This document shows positions 1 to 12,152 of a stretch of DNA of 37,572 nucleotides, piece after piece (the stretch's first letter is position 1; the number at the start of each line of letters is the position of its first letter). Location of the stretch: positions 124,001 to 161,572 of the forward strand of contig KZ538037.1 in NCBI GenBank assembly GCA_000934665.2, given 5' to 3'. The position numbers were made by a program, and so were the translations under genes. The notes below the pieces were generated by a model that searched no databases, had not been told where the DNA came from, and saw only the letters and a program-made list of their open reading frames with translations. This stretch comes from Catajapyx aquilonaris. Taxonomy: Eukaryota.

Positions 1-444
1 AATCTTTATCGTTCCATTCAACATTTCCAATGGTCCACTAGGAACAAGGCGACAATTAAGTCACCTTTATTACATTGTACAAGATATACCCTGATATTCA
101 GGTAGTTGCGGGCATGCATGCGAAGCTCCTAGAGTATTTTAAAAAACACACACGGGTACAGCCCATGGCCTATAGCACAGTCATGTGCCATAGCCATACT
201 TGTCCAACGAACAGATAGCACGCGAAGCGAATGAATTTTTCAGCCTGCACAGTGCAATAAAATGCAAAACGCTGCAGGAAAAGCAATTTTTCGACACCAT
301 ATGTGCACCTGATTGTTGAGTTGTACGAGGGGGGGACGAGCCTGCCATTGTCCACGGGATGCTCGCAGATCTGATGGGCGAGGGTGTGTGGTGGGTAGGG
401 ACGCATCGAGAGGGGTGGGAGGAAGAGATGGGGGGGGGGGGGGG

Positions 445-454
445 NNNNNNNNNN
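445..454. other. Assembly gap flanked by poly-G
   Basis: 10 N between a G run (430-444) and GGGG. Confidence 0.95.
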
Positions 455-766
455 GGGGAAATAGCGGCAGCGAGGCTATGATTTTCCCCGCGCAATTAAC
501 CCTAATTACGCCAACGATGCAGAGATACGTGCAGCCATAAATGGTAACGGTTGGCCAAGTCCTGTCATCCGTACTAGTCGCCCAGAAATGATCGAGCCCC
601 ATTTTAATTGGCAGGCGTGAAGATTCAGATCCATCCAGCTATAATTGAATTTAGGATAATTATACAAACGCATTTTTTTTTTCAAACCATAGATTCGTAT
701 GCTTAGCTTAGGGCTGGTTTCTGGGTGTGTATGCATGGCGGCGCTTTTCTAGCTGCGAATGGCCGG

Positions 767-850
767 CAGCTGCGCTCGCTGATTGGGCGCCGCCTCAACC
801 CTGCTTGCCTGATCCTCATTCGCCGACCCAAGCTCGCACCGCCCGGACAA
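767..850 (+). promoter_or_regulatory. RNA pol II core promoter, Inr + DPE type (TATA-less)
   Basis: TCATTC at 816-821 matches the arthropod Inr TCAKTY (A+1 = 818). GGACA at 845-849 matches the DPE RGWYV at exactly +28..+32. There is a G at +24 (841) and a partial MTE-like CGCACCGCCC at +18..+27. Upstream are a reverse CCAAT (ATTGG, 782-786) and an E-box CAGCTG (767-772), all in a CpG-rich patch. Confidence 0.6.
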
Positions 851-1044
851 CATCACTCTCCGGGCCGCCGCAGCTGCTGCACATCCAACCCTGTTCATGC
901 TGCAGATATTTTGTAGACTGAAAAATAATATGGAATAAATATATTGGGGTGGATATACGAAAGAAATCTTGTTTAGGGGTGTCCGGTTTATTGTGATAAT
1001 GGCACGTGCTTCACAGGTTGGAATTGATGTTGGCAACACCCATG
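818..1044 (+). other. Putative non-coding first exon
   Basis: Starts at the Inr. Candidate donors are CAG|GTTGGA (1016/1017) and the GC-type ATG|GCAAGT (1044/1045), so the 3' boundary is uncertain. Confidence 0.35.
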
Positions 1045-3402
1045 GCAAGTGAATGTGAAGGCTACTAGGAGTCGTAAATGCGGTGTGGACCCTGATGGTT
1101 CATCGAAGAAGCAAAATATACCGTTTACGACCATTGAGCTTTAGTAACAAGTGACTATGAGCATTAGGATGGTTATGAATAATAATAATAATTCAGAAAG
1201 TAGCTGGACGCAATTCAATTAGCACAGATTCTATGAAATAAAAATCTGCTGGCTACTAGCCTAAAAGAAAAGTTCTAACTACCATTATGAGCACTTTGGT
1301 ACTAAACCATCGCTATTAAATATTGCAGAGGTTGCATATTTGAATTTAGTCCGTCTATATGGGTGATTGCCCTCTTTTTTTCTTAAGAAAAAAAAGGAGA
1401 GACGGATAAGTGCCTCCCATTGCCTACTATAACTCAGCAGCAGACATCCATCCTGCATTGCCAATACAAGGGGAGGGAGGGGGGAAAAAAAGAAAAGAAG
1501 AAACGGAAGAGATTGGCTTTCGGGAGAGGGGGAAGGATAAAATTTGGAAGTTGCTGACTTTCTGGCTTGGTTTCATCAGACTCCTGCTCCCATTCCACTT
1601 CCCCCAGCGACGCACTTGCAGCCGAATTCGGCATAATGAAATGACGTTCCCTTCAAAAGCTGAATGTTATTCCGTAGACTGCTGCTGTCGATCATCGTGG
1701 AAGCAGCTTCATTCGTTTTTATACAGCCTCCTATTTTTTTTCTTTGAAATGTCAAAAAAATGTTGAAACGACTTACTGTCTACGACGCACATACGTAGCC
1801 CACACGTGCTGTTTACATATGTGTTGAAACACACATTGCCATGCCAGCAGATAGAGTCATCTACCTTGCAATATTACGAAATCGATATATGGGTTCAAGC
1901 ATTATGCAGTGCAGGGATTTGGCAATGAAGCAGACGCTCCCACCTTCCTCTAGAAACGAAAGTAGTAAAAGAAGGAAGACGGGGGAGGCAGGGGTGTGGG
2001 GGGGGGAGAGAAAAAATGAGAAGGCATCCCTCGCTTGGGCGTTCTCCATCCGAGGCGGGATAAATTGCAAGGCGTCTTGGGGTTCATTGTGCCGGCAACG
2101 AGGGAGCTTCTTTTCTTATACCCCCTTCTCCCTTTCGCCTTGATTTATTTGGCCGCCAACCGTGTAATCGTCCGACTCCCAGAAGCAAAACCATGGCTTA
2201 TTTCAAACCGCCTGCCTTGGCCCTTGGCACGCTAAAAACTCTAGAGAGAGAGAGGAAATATATATGAGTCTTCTCTACCTGTCTTAATTGGCAATTACTA
2301 GGCGGGAAAATGCAGCTAATTTCTTGATGGTACCGTCTGCTGTTTATAGTCGCCGTTGTGTAAATTGCTGCGAAGGAAAACCCCGGTATATACACGCTGG
2401 CTGGTTGAAACCATGTAGAGTCTAATAGACCCTCTTTGAAGATGGGGGGTGTCGAGGGGGCAAGAAACGATCAATTCTTGTCGGTCCAAACTCTCGTCAA
2501 CTTGCACGCATCCTGGACTGTTAGGCAGCCTGAGATTGTGGGAGTGTTGATTGTTGCCCAGTTGGCAGGCGAAGGTTTCTCACAGGGGTCTGATTAAGAC
2601 CTCATATTTAAGGGGGGGTAGATTCAGAATGCCGTTTAGTGTTGATGAGTGTTATTCACGCAAGAGAAGTCCGTGTGACGAGGTAGACCTGCCGAGGGAA
2701 TGATGGAAGCTGCTGATACCTTAGGCCACTGAGAAATGGTGCAGCGTTAAAAAATATATAAATGCGGTGGTTGTCACGCGATACATTGCATGGCCGGCTT
2801 CAATTACAGGAGGGGTTGTGTCAAAGAACTCTAAAGCACTGCTCACACCTTGTCTTGATTTACTCTAACCTACATTGTGCATGTGCTGAATGTGCACGGT
2901 ATGTATAGAATGAGGTGTCAGCCAGACCAGATACATTATTTATTGACAGTGATGTTCCCTGTGATTTCTGAACGATGTGTATTCAGGTTGGTGCAATTTT
3001 AGGCAGATGATTTACCCCATAAACATATTGCGGCTTGTAAGTTCATTGAAGCGAATAGCGTGTAATTTTGGAAAGTCATAAAATTTTTTATTTGTTACTA
3101 AGTCCCCAGAGGGACATTCCCTCTCCTCTTTCGCCGAAAAGATTCCCAAATTCATCGCGGCTATTGCAAGCAGAACGTTTTCTTAGATAGGCTTTTAAAG
3201 CCCGTAACGACCCTTGTATGCAATTAAAGATGCCTGCGTTTATCATTACGCCTTTGCTACATCAACTTGATCAAAACGAATTTCCTCGTGAGAATTTCCC
3301 CATCATTTGGAACAGTGCGAAATGTGACTGCTACTCTGTAAGAAATTGTGTATATTTTTGGTCCAATATTGAAACTAAAAAATCAACAATTTGTTGTTTC
3401 AG

Positions 3403-3480
3403 GGGGTGCCAGCCGGAAGCCAGTGGAGGAAGCTTCACTTGCTCTCCAGCTGGAGGGTTGCTGCCAGGCCTAAGTGACTG
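3403..3480 (+). other. Putative 78-nt internal exon (probably 5' UTR)
   Basis: Branch-like ACTAAA near 3374, acceptor TTTGTTGTTTCAG|, a GC- and purine-rich body standing out from AT-rich flanks, and consensus donor CTG|GTAAGT (3481-3486). Confidence 0.55.
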
Positions 3481-5370
3481 GTAAGTTCCTTCTTGTTGTC
3501 AGCATGTACTATAATAGTACTATAGAGCGGGTCTAAGATTTATTCATTCGGGTGGCCATTTATGAAAGCAGCGCGCGCCTATTAATTATAGACTTGGGTG
3601 AGGTTGGTTATGGCAAAAGGCAAAAGTGGACATAACTCACTCACACCTCTGTTGGTTTCCGTGTGTGTCAACACGGGCCCAAACGACTCTCGTAAAAAGC
3701 CGTGTATGTGTCACACCTGCGCACGCCAGGGGGACCTAACGCTCACCCATAAATCTGATTGGTATCTACGCACGTTTTCAGTTCTTCTTCACCTCAGCAG
3801 CATCGCACTCTATACTGATGTTGTGGTTCGGTCAAGACAAGAAGAAAGAACCGGATAGCCTTATAGTCGGCTGCCAATAATTCAGTCCGTGCAACCTGAT
3901 GCGGTTGGATCCAAGCCCTTACTTTTTTTTGAAAAAAAAAAAAAAGTCTTGGCGACGACCCATTTATTTTTTTGGGTTCACCAAACTAGCAGTCATTGGG
4001 GGTTGCTCAGCTGAAAATGAAGAGAACCACCTCGGTTGTCTTGAGAACAAGGAGAGTTATGCTTATTGGGGCCTCCTGATTTGAGATGGTGCTGGTGGAA
4101 GGGGGACGTTCTTCAATGGGACGGAAAAATTAAGGGGTGGGGGAAAAGAGATGGCGCCCTTTTTTTCCCCACCACAGCAGGAATTCCGGACTCTTTATTG
4201 CGGCGGAGGAAATATTTCTGAAGATATACACACGGCATAGGAAAGAAAAGTAACTATAAACTGTGGACTAACATTTTATGCAGTTAGTTGCAACAGTTTA
4301 GTGAGCTATCAGAATGAGCTTATCTGCTTTTATTAGATGGATGTTAATGTTATTTCCGGATGCCTGATTGAATATTTACGGAGTATTTCTGATAACCTTG
4401 TTGCTCCTATTTTCAGTGTTTTATTTTTAATGAGACCGTTTTTTTTTTCTCTTCAGACTCATTGCTGACCTTCCTCGAGTGTTACATAACAGGCAGTAAT
4501 CGCTCATAATAATCGGTTCAGAATGTGTTTTCCATTCAGCACTTTTTTTAATACATTAAAGAACTAGTTTCAGACAGATCTTAGAAGCTGCTGAGTACTA
4601 TAGGGGATAAGGCCGTCTTGCAGAATATTATAGTGCTCATCTGCACTATAAGCCTGTACAGCGCAAGAGAGCAACTTCTAATTCCTGCCGCCCTGAGAGT
4701 CACACCCGTAGAAGCTATTCCGAATAATAAAACGAGACGCTGTGTCCAATCTATGCAAATGCAATTTTCCAAAAAGGGCTCTCCTGGGTGTTATATAGAA
4801 ACCGATAACTTTCCTCTCACATAGATCTGTGAGATCTAGGATGAAAAGGGGGCTTTTAAGGGAAAAGTTGAATGGCTTATCCAGTTTCTGATTTTCCCTC
4901 GTATGGACAATAAATCTGATCGTTTCTTATCCTCCTGTAACCTGTTCTTTACTCGCGGTAGGGGGAGGAGGAGGAATAAGGGGGAGGAGGCACACTCTAA
5001 AAAGAGGAAGCGGTGCCAGCTCGATATTTTGCAAAGTTCGCAGTATATACAGTATGATAACAACAGTGTGCTTCAGGGGGTGTTTCTAGGGAGGTGGGGT
5101 TGGAATGGATAGAGTTTAGATATTTTAAAGCTGTGCAGTCTTTGGGCTGGGAGGAGGGGGAGGAGGGAAGGTATTGTCCTCTGGGCTAACATCAAAGTTG
5201 CTTCGAGTCCAGGAGCCCCACAATTGGATCGGCGGCGAAATCCCCCCAACTTGCTTAAATTAATGAGAATATAATGCGCGCAGGAACTTTGGAACTTTGC
5301 AGATATTTCTCTTATGAGGCTTTTATCTCCCGGAAGACCCCTCCCTTCTCCTTTGACGCTTTCAGAAAGT

Positions 5371-5397
5371 GGGAGGGTAGGAGGGAAGGGAGATGGG
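5371..5397 (+). other. G-quadruplex consensus motif
   Basis: GGG-A-GGG-TAGGA-GGG-AA-GGG-AGAT-GGG fits G3N1-7 repeated at least four times. Confidence 0.5.
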
Positions 5398-8300
5398 AAA
5401 GTTATGCGCAGAAAAGAAGCGAAAATATCTCTGTAAGCCCCCCCCCCCCTTCCTTTCCCACTCCCTCTCAAAAGCAGAGTCTGGAAGCATCCAGTACTAT
5501 ATAGATGAAAACGAGAGAGGTGGGGAAGAAGGGGGTGTTGGCAAGGGAGGGGGGAGGCCATTTTGATCCCAAAGTCTGCTGCCGTCGCACTTTTGGGGAA
5601 GTTGTGCTTTCAGAGCTGCGGTCTCTCGATTCTGCTGGGGAATAATAAGATCCGCGCTTTGTTGTGGTTTCAAAACAGGGTGGGGTCGTATCATCCTCAA
5701 GATCCAGAGACTTTAGCACTTTGAGATATCCCAGCTTCCTTTGGGCACATTCTTCCGCTTTCTGTTCTTATCATTACTGGGTTGGGATTAAAATTATAAG
5801 CTAAGTGAGGCACAAATAGTCATAAACCTTGCCACGTATCCGCAGTATGTTTACTTAGTGGCTGTTAGGTAATGAAACGACTTTTTTTTCTTCTTCGGGG
5901 TTATGTGATACGATGTAGGTGGCATTACTGTGTTCAAGGCTGCATCGGTTGGCTTGGTGGCCTATTCCTCAGGATGCATGATCTGATGGTATTTCTGAGA
6001 GTGTGTCGATGCGAAGTCTGCTGGAAGTGCGAGACTCATTTGCAGCAGCAAGCCCAAAGTGAAATTCCAGCAGGCTTCTAACTGTCAGCGGTTGGAAAGC
6101 TCTTCTACGGTCCTATACGACTAAGATTCCTAGCAGCCCAAAAAAGGGGATGGGGTTGGTTGGGTGAGATGCAGGGTTGGTGCGGGGTGTTGGCTCTTTG
6201 GGAAGACTGCGAAACGCGCTTTAATGTCCGCCACTCTTCAGTGAATGTGACAACCTGGCGTGTAATTACGTGTCGGATTGCTTCACAAATAATACTCTAG
6301 GCTTGGGCGGGGTGGGGTATGAATGATGCAGGAAGACGGACATAGACCTTGACGTATGGACATTGCGGGCTCCTTAATGCAAACTGTAATCTGTTTGTCG
6401 GTACTTTAAAAGTATGGAAAATTTGTCTTGGTGTCATCTTCTGACTGTCCTAACCCGTTGTTATGAGCACGAACTTTGAATTGGCGCCATTTTGAGCCCA
6501 CTATTTCTAAACTTGGTCAGACATCTCGCAACTGAGTGAATGGGAAGTGATGACGTCGCTCTGGGCAAAATTGAGCTATTGTTTTACCCTCCACGTATCC
6601 ATCACAAGATTTGTACATTTTTCTACCCACAATGGTGAGGAAAGGAGCGTGCATGCGCGTATATGAAACGGTTGAAAGGAATGAAATCAATGCCGCCACA
6701 TTAGTATCTCTAAGGGGTATAAAGCTTTGATGGTTTCTCTTCCGAGATAACTGATTGCCTGCCTGTTTCCATTCCCTTCCCAAATGGGCGTCTTTAGGAA
6801 ACTCTAAAAAAGCAGGGAGCTGAGAGAAAGTTCCCGAAATGATAGGCTTATAACTCGGCAGGGGCGACTTACTGGCTCAGGGCGTGTGGGTGGTGGGGGC
6901 TGGGAGCTTCAATAAGCTTACTGCTAGTTCTTATAAGAAGAGGGGAAAAAAAGAGAGGTAAAAAAATATGGAAGCTTTTCTAGCAGGCCTTGGCAACGCT
7001 CCCGGCCTGATATTGGAAAACGTCGGAAGCAGCTGAGTTATGATGGCTTCCCAGCACGATCCAGTTGGCTTCTTCTTTTCTATTTGGACTACCCCCTTGC
7101 TTGCAACCGAGGGTCCAAATACTTACTTACATTCTAGGGGGAACTATACGTTCCACTTCCGTATATATAGGATGCTGCCGTCGTCCATGTGGAACACCCT
7201 CTTGGCCCTTTATCCCCCTAGGAATGTTACTAGGCTCTTACCATGAGATACAAGAAAGTGCTTATGGCTAGGGATTCTGTATAGGACGGAGTGGCTGCTC
7301 TCAGAATCAATGTATAGTTCCATTAATATCTGGTGCAGGGAAAGGAGATAAGTTATGTGTGCTAGAAACAATAATACGGGCATGATACAAGATGGCTTAG
7401 GTCCCTATTGTTGTAGTCAGCTCTGCATGGGCACTAATGCATTTATCTTTGTTCTCCGGTATAATTAGAAACATTATCCATTCACGCTATTTCTCGCATG
7501 AAGTGCATTATGTACGGTATACCTTTAGCCTGCACTATTATGGTCATGTTTGAAGTCCAGCGATTTGAAGACAATGGTATTATTATCTCTTATTTTGCTT
7601 TTGGCTTAAAGTCTGAACTCGGGGAGCATATAACCTACTATTCAGGACAGAATTTTCCGATTTATGCTGTGAAAATACGGAAACTATTCGCAAGAAGCTT
7701 TTGTGAAAGTATAGTTATTACGCTGCTTATGAACTACATGCACGTGAAGTAGGCTTATACTGTTAGATGTAGGCCTACACCAATGCAGCCTCCCTCAGCA
7801 CTCTGCGAGACATGCTGGTTACACCAAGACTAAAACTCTTTATGACATTGTGTCCTCTTTCTGAACTTTTAAGACGGACGGCTGACACCTATTCACAAGT
7901 TTTCCAGCTTGTCATGTTGCATTACATGTTATTTTAACCACACGAAGAAGGCTGTGGCATAGATTTACTTAGCATATTTTGAGCCTTTAAAAAATCTGGG
8001 TCTAGCTCTAATGTAAATGAATGTTATTTATATTTTACTGTCCATTTATACGTCGACGTTTGTCATTCTTTAATTAATTTTGGAAGTTTCAGATCCATTG
8101 CGGAGATAACATAGTGAAAATTTATGTTATGTCACCCAAGTCTGTTGGTTGAACAACAGGAAATACCATGCTGATTAGACCACTCAGCCACCACGGGTGG
8201 TGGATTAGTAGTTCTGACAAAACCATGGGTGACGTCATGCAAATTGACTGTTCATTATTTAGTAATAGGAGCCGAAATAGCCCACATCAGTGCTTATTTA

Positions 8301-10027
8301 AATCGAAGTGTCAAAATTACATGTACGAATTTTCCTCAGAAAAAAGGTACACACGTTTATATAAAGTTGCAGCGACAAAACGAAATATTTTGTTCTAGAG
8401 CATCCGTCGTGATAAAAATGAAAATTGGCCAGCACATATCCCATGGTTTTGCGGTCGAGAGCTTTCTTATTTGGCTTGAGCCTCGGAGAGCAATCTCTGA
8501 GCTTCCAAAGTGCTCTTGGGCCCTTGCATAAGTAGTCGTAATAGAGCTGCTGTAGATGGAGCATAGAGCAGCGGAAGGTCTCGGAGAGGACAAAATATAA
8601 CTATCCTCCGTCCCCAGCTTCATTTATAACTTGCGCTGATAAAGCAACGTTTCCCGGCTCTGTAATTAAAAGGGATTTGTACTAAGATAAATTAGTATAA
8701 TGTTTATGTTATCTGTAATGCCGTCGTTTCAAATTATGCGCGATTGGACTGGCGTTGCTGTAACTGCGCTGCCTTGCAAAAAACTTTGGAGCTCTGCATG
8801 CCTGCTGTATATATGCTCTACACTAATTGGTGTAAGCTACTGTATATTAAATACTGTGTCTTTGAGAGCATGGGAAGGTTATGGTATCGGATTGCCTATT
8901 GGCCCCTTGTGTGCAGAGGGGAGAGGCATTGACAAATTATGTAATTAATATGCAAGTAATTTCAGATATTTTATAATTAAGTGTCATTTTTAAAAGTCAT
9001 ACCGGTGTACCCATCGCCACAATTGAGAACATTTGTGCACTGTACTACAGTATTATAGTAATAATTATTTTTGACACGATTGAAGTTTTTCTTCGGCGGT
9101 AATTACTTGTATATGAGCTAAAGAATTCGTAGACACAAGGAGTTAGAAAAATTGCTAGTTGCACAATCACTTATGTGTAACACAGGATATGGCTGGTGGA
9201 AAAACCAAGTCTGTAATTATGCAGTAGTGTTGAAGCTCAGACTCAACAGTGCATAGCATTCTTTAACGCATTGTGTTAACAATGTATAACAAATTCTTAT
9301 GCGGTATATCACACCAAAATGGTCTTTGTCTGTGAGCAGACATAAGTTATACCTCCCTCTCTCTATTAAAAAGTTTCGTAAGATTGATGGAAATAATTAT
9401 TAAACTGTTTGCTGTCTATGCAAAATAATACAAACTATAATCTGATGATGAATTTTTGAACACCCATATTATTTTCTGTTTGGACTTGTATTTTGGTAAT
9501 TTGTTTGTGCTACTGATAGACAACCTCACAGAGTTAGACGACCTAAACTTTGTGTATGAGACTATCGTCTTTCATATATAGTGTTATACAGTGAAGAGAT
9601 GAGTTTGGTGGCGTCGCAGCCGAGACCCCCAGAAGAATGGACGAAATGGCAGAGTGTAGACTCGTAATTCCTTTATCCAGGCCTATATATAGAGCAGGTT
9701 CAGTTCCGTCTTGGAGCAAAAGCTAAAATAAAAAGAAAGGAGGGAGGGAGGAAGGCAGGGGAGGAAAGAAAGGAAAAATGGAAATGCTGCACCATTTGGC
9801 GGCGCAATTCCGGCTCCCGTGTCTCTCTTTTCCAATTCCAAGAACCTGTGCTTTTGTTCGTTGGGAGACGGAAACGATTGGCAGGAAAACCGGCAGGCAG
9901 GCTGGAAGAAAAAGCTCGGCTGATGCCTGCAGCCAGAAGTATACAGAAATGGCGTCCCCCATCTCTTGGTGGTATTGTTGTTTTTTTAAGGATGTTTATA
10001 TGCCCTACTGCGATACTGAAACACACT

Positions 10028-10298
10028 TAGTCGTACGTTGTAAGGCTGTTACTCTTCCGTATACTGTATCGTAGTAACAGGTCGATGCCAATGGAACTAT
10101 TCGGAGAGAGAATTTATTTTTCTCATGTGGTACTGGTTTAGAGGAGTTCCCACCATGTTCGTGTGAGTTTTCTCGGGGTTCTCCCGTTGCCTCCCACAGC
10201 ATGTCCAAAATGCTTTTTCCCCATCTCTCACTCTCATATGCCAGCCAGTTGGTTTGAAATATATAATCACATTGGAATTGTTATTATGATTATTAATA
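10028..10298 (+). mobile_element. Degenerate SINE remnant with V-domain-like central core
   Basis: 10152-10210 (CCATGTTCGTGTGAGTTTTCTCGGGGTTCTCCCGTTGCCTCCCACAGCATGTCCAAAA) resembles the conserved V-SINE core GTGGGTTT(T/C)CTCCGGGT(A/G)CTCCGGTTTCCTCCCACA-TCCAAA. There is a possible decayed B box (AGGTCGATGCC, ~10080) upstream and an (ATT)-like tail near 10280. Boundaries are approximate. Confidence 0.5.
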
Positions 10299-10655
10299 CA
10301 CACATCATGAGTTACGTAAATTCCCTGAAGTAAACACAGACGATGAAACAAATTCCTCGCGTCATCATTGGTAGTGTTGCTATACAAGGTTCGGTTTATC
10401 GGATAATCACTATTAATATAAATATTATAAACACCAAACTATTAGCAGTGGTTTAAATGGCACCATGTACCTTTCCTTCTTATGATTATGAAAATGACTA
10501 ATGTAGTCTAGCCTGGAGTTACCAGATGTCAAGTTCAGAGCATCTCTTCTGACCGATACGATACCCATCGCTATATACTGATAGCCGTACAAGGAGAAGG
10601 AGTAATGATCGGATAACACAGAACGCTGAGTGCTTACAAGCTTCAAGAAATGGAT

Positions 10656-11136
10656 CTATTTCATCTATTGCCACGGACGAGTAGGTTGACAATGGTCAAC
10701 AAGCCACGGCCTAAAATGCCTAAGCGGTAGACATCTTTTGAGCGCAAATAACATATATTTTAAATTAATAATCATTATCATGATCGCCATTAATTGTGGT
10801 TTATCCACATTACGTACCTAGGGTCATACAGCCCTGTGGTGTGCAGTGCATCTGGTATAGCCCTGATGCTGCCACCTGGCGGCTCCCAGTGGCGCGATCA
10901 TTTGAAATGATGAGCACCAGGAGTATGCCAGATTTGTGGTGCACTACGCCACACTGCACACCACAGGGCTGTACGACCCTGTAGTATGTAATGTGGATAA
11001 ACCACATTTAACGATGATTATGATTATTAATTTAAAATATGTTATCTGCGTTCAAAACGTGTCTACCGGTTAGGCGGTTTAGACCGTTGCTAGTTGACCA
11101 TTGTCAACCTACTCGTCTGTGGCAATATATGAAAAA
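10656..11136. mobile_element. Non-autonomous foldback DNA transposon (long-TIR MITE)
   Basis: Arms of about 190-210 bp are reverse complements, e.g. TTTCATCTATTGCCACGGACGAGTAGGTTGACAATGGTCAAC versus GTTGACCATTGTCAACCTACTCGTCTGTGGCAATATATGAAA. Direct repeat AAATGGAT at 10648-10655 and 11137-11144 is the candidate TSD. Confidence 0.9.
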
Positions 11137-11555
11137 AAATGGATTTACGGATTGTGCCGTGTTCAGACTGCAGGTATTCGACAGTCGAAATACGTACGTA
11201 CTGTACTTGTCCATGTGAGTGGAATCAGTGGAGTAATGCAACTAACAATGAAAGGATTGTGACCTCAGTGCTATAAATGCATATTACATACGTGGTGGCC
11301 ATAATTATATTAACTTTTTGTTTTTTGGGAATAACTTTTTCCAGTGTGATCCGATTGTGCTGGAATTCGAACATATTATGCATTTAAAGCGAATCTGTAA
11401 GATTTGAAAAGTTTGTGAGTTGTACGTATAAGAAAAATAAACAATGTTTTTGTTTATTTTTTCACGTATATATTTCAAAATTAAATAAAATCTTCAAACA
11501 ACCATAACATTATGAAAAATCAACAAAATGCTACAAAACTTGACAGGTTAATCAC

Positions 11556-12150
11556 TCACATCTTGTACTTGGTCTGATAACCCTTGGGGTTGACGACAGC
11601 TTGCCATCTGCGAGGTGACCAACTCGTCCAACACCGATTGTGCAATCTTCTTTCATTCGACCTTCAGTTGCTTGTACTTATCGGTGGTATACTGGATGCT
11701 CTTTTGTTCTTCAGATGACATCTCAGATCCTCTCATAAGTGCTCGATCAGATTGGGATCCGGCTTGGCCAGTCCATTATGGCCACCCTCTTCTGGTGCAG
11801 TCAAGCAGAGGAGTGCTTTGGGTCGTAGTTGTGCTGGTACAGGAGAGATTGTCCAATCGTACTCCTTGCATATATGGCCACATGACATCTTGGAGGATAT
11901 CCTTGCATACCTCCTTGGTCAGGATACCAACAATTAGGTGCAGTGGACCGACTCCAGCAAGGAAGCTGAAGCAGCCCCAGACCATCATGGATCCTCCCCC
12001 TTGCTTGTTGGCCAGCATCTTGTACTTGAGATCGAATTTGTCGCCAATGCAACACCGAACGTAGGCTATTATATCAGTTCCAAACATCAGACACTTCGAT
12101 TCGTCTAACCAGAGGACGCCGCACCACTGTCTCTGTACCAGTTTAGTGAG
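11556..12150 (-). pseudogene. Tc1-like DDE transposase fragment (catalytic domain to C-terminus, frameshifted)
   Basis: Translates as WCGVLWLDESK...KQGGGSMMVWGCFS...GVGPLHLIVG, then in other frames YQHNYDPKHSS and PRRWQAVVNPKGYQTKY. These correspond to the Tc1 motifs WSDESK, GGGSVMVWG, QQDNDPKH and AVI.AKG..TKY. Confidence 0.9.
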
Positions 12151-12152
12151 AT

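Noticed and set aside
7515..7525. CGGTATACCTT matches the start of miR-iab-4-3p
   Set aside because: The match stops after 11 nt and there is no complementary 5' arm.
9000..9470. Possible very old MITE (TACCGGTGT ... AACACCCATA)
   Set aside because: The inverted similarity is too weak to distinguish from AT-rich chance matches by eye.
9684..9705. TATATATA followed by Inr TCAGTT
   Set aside because: TATA lies at about -18 rather than -30, and there is no DPE at +28.
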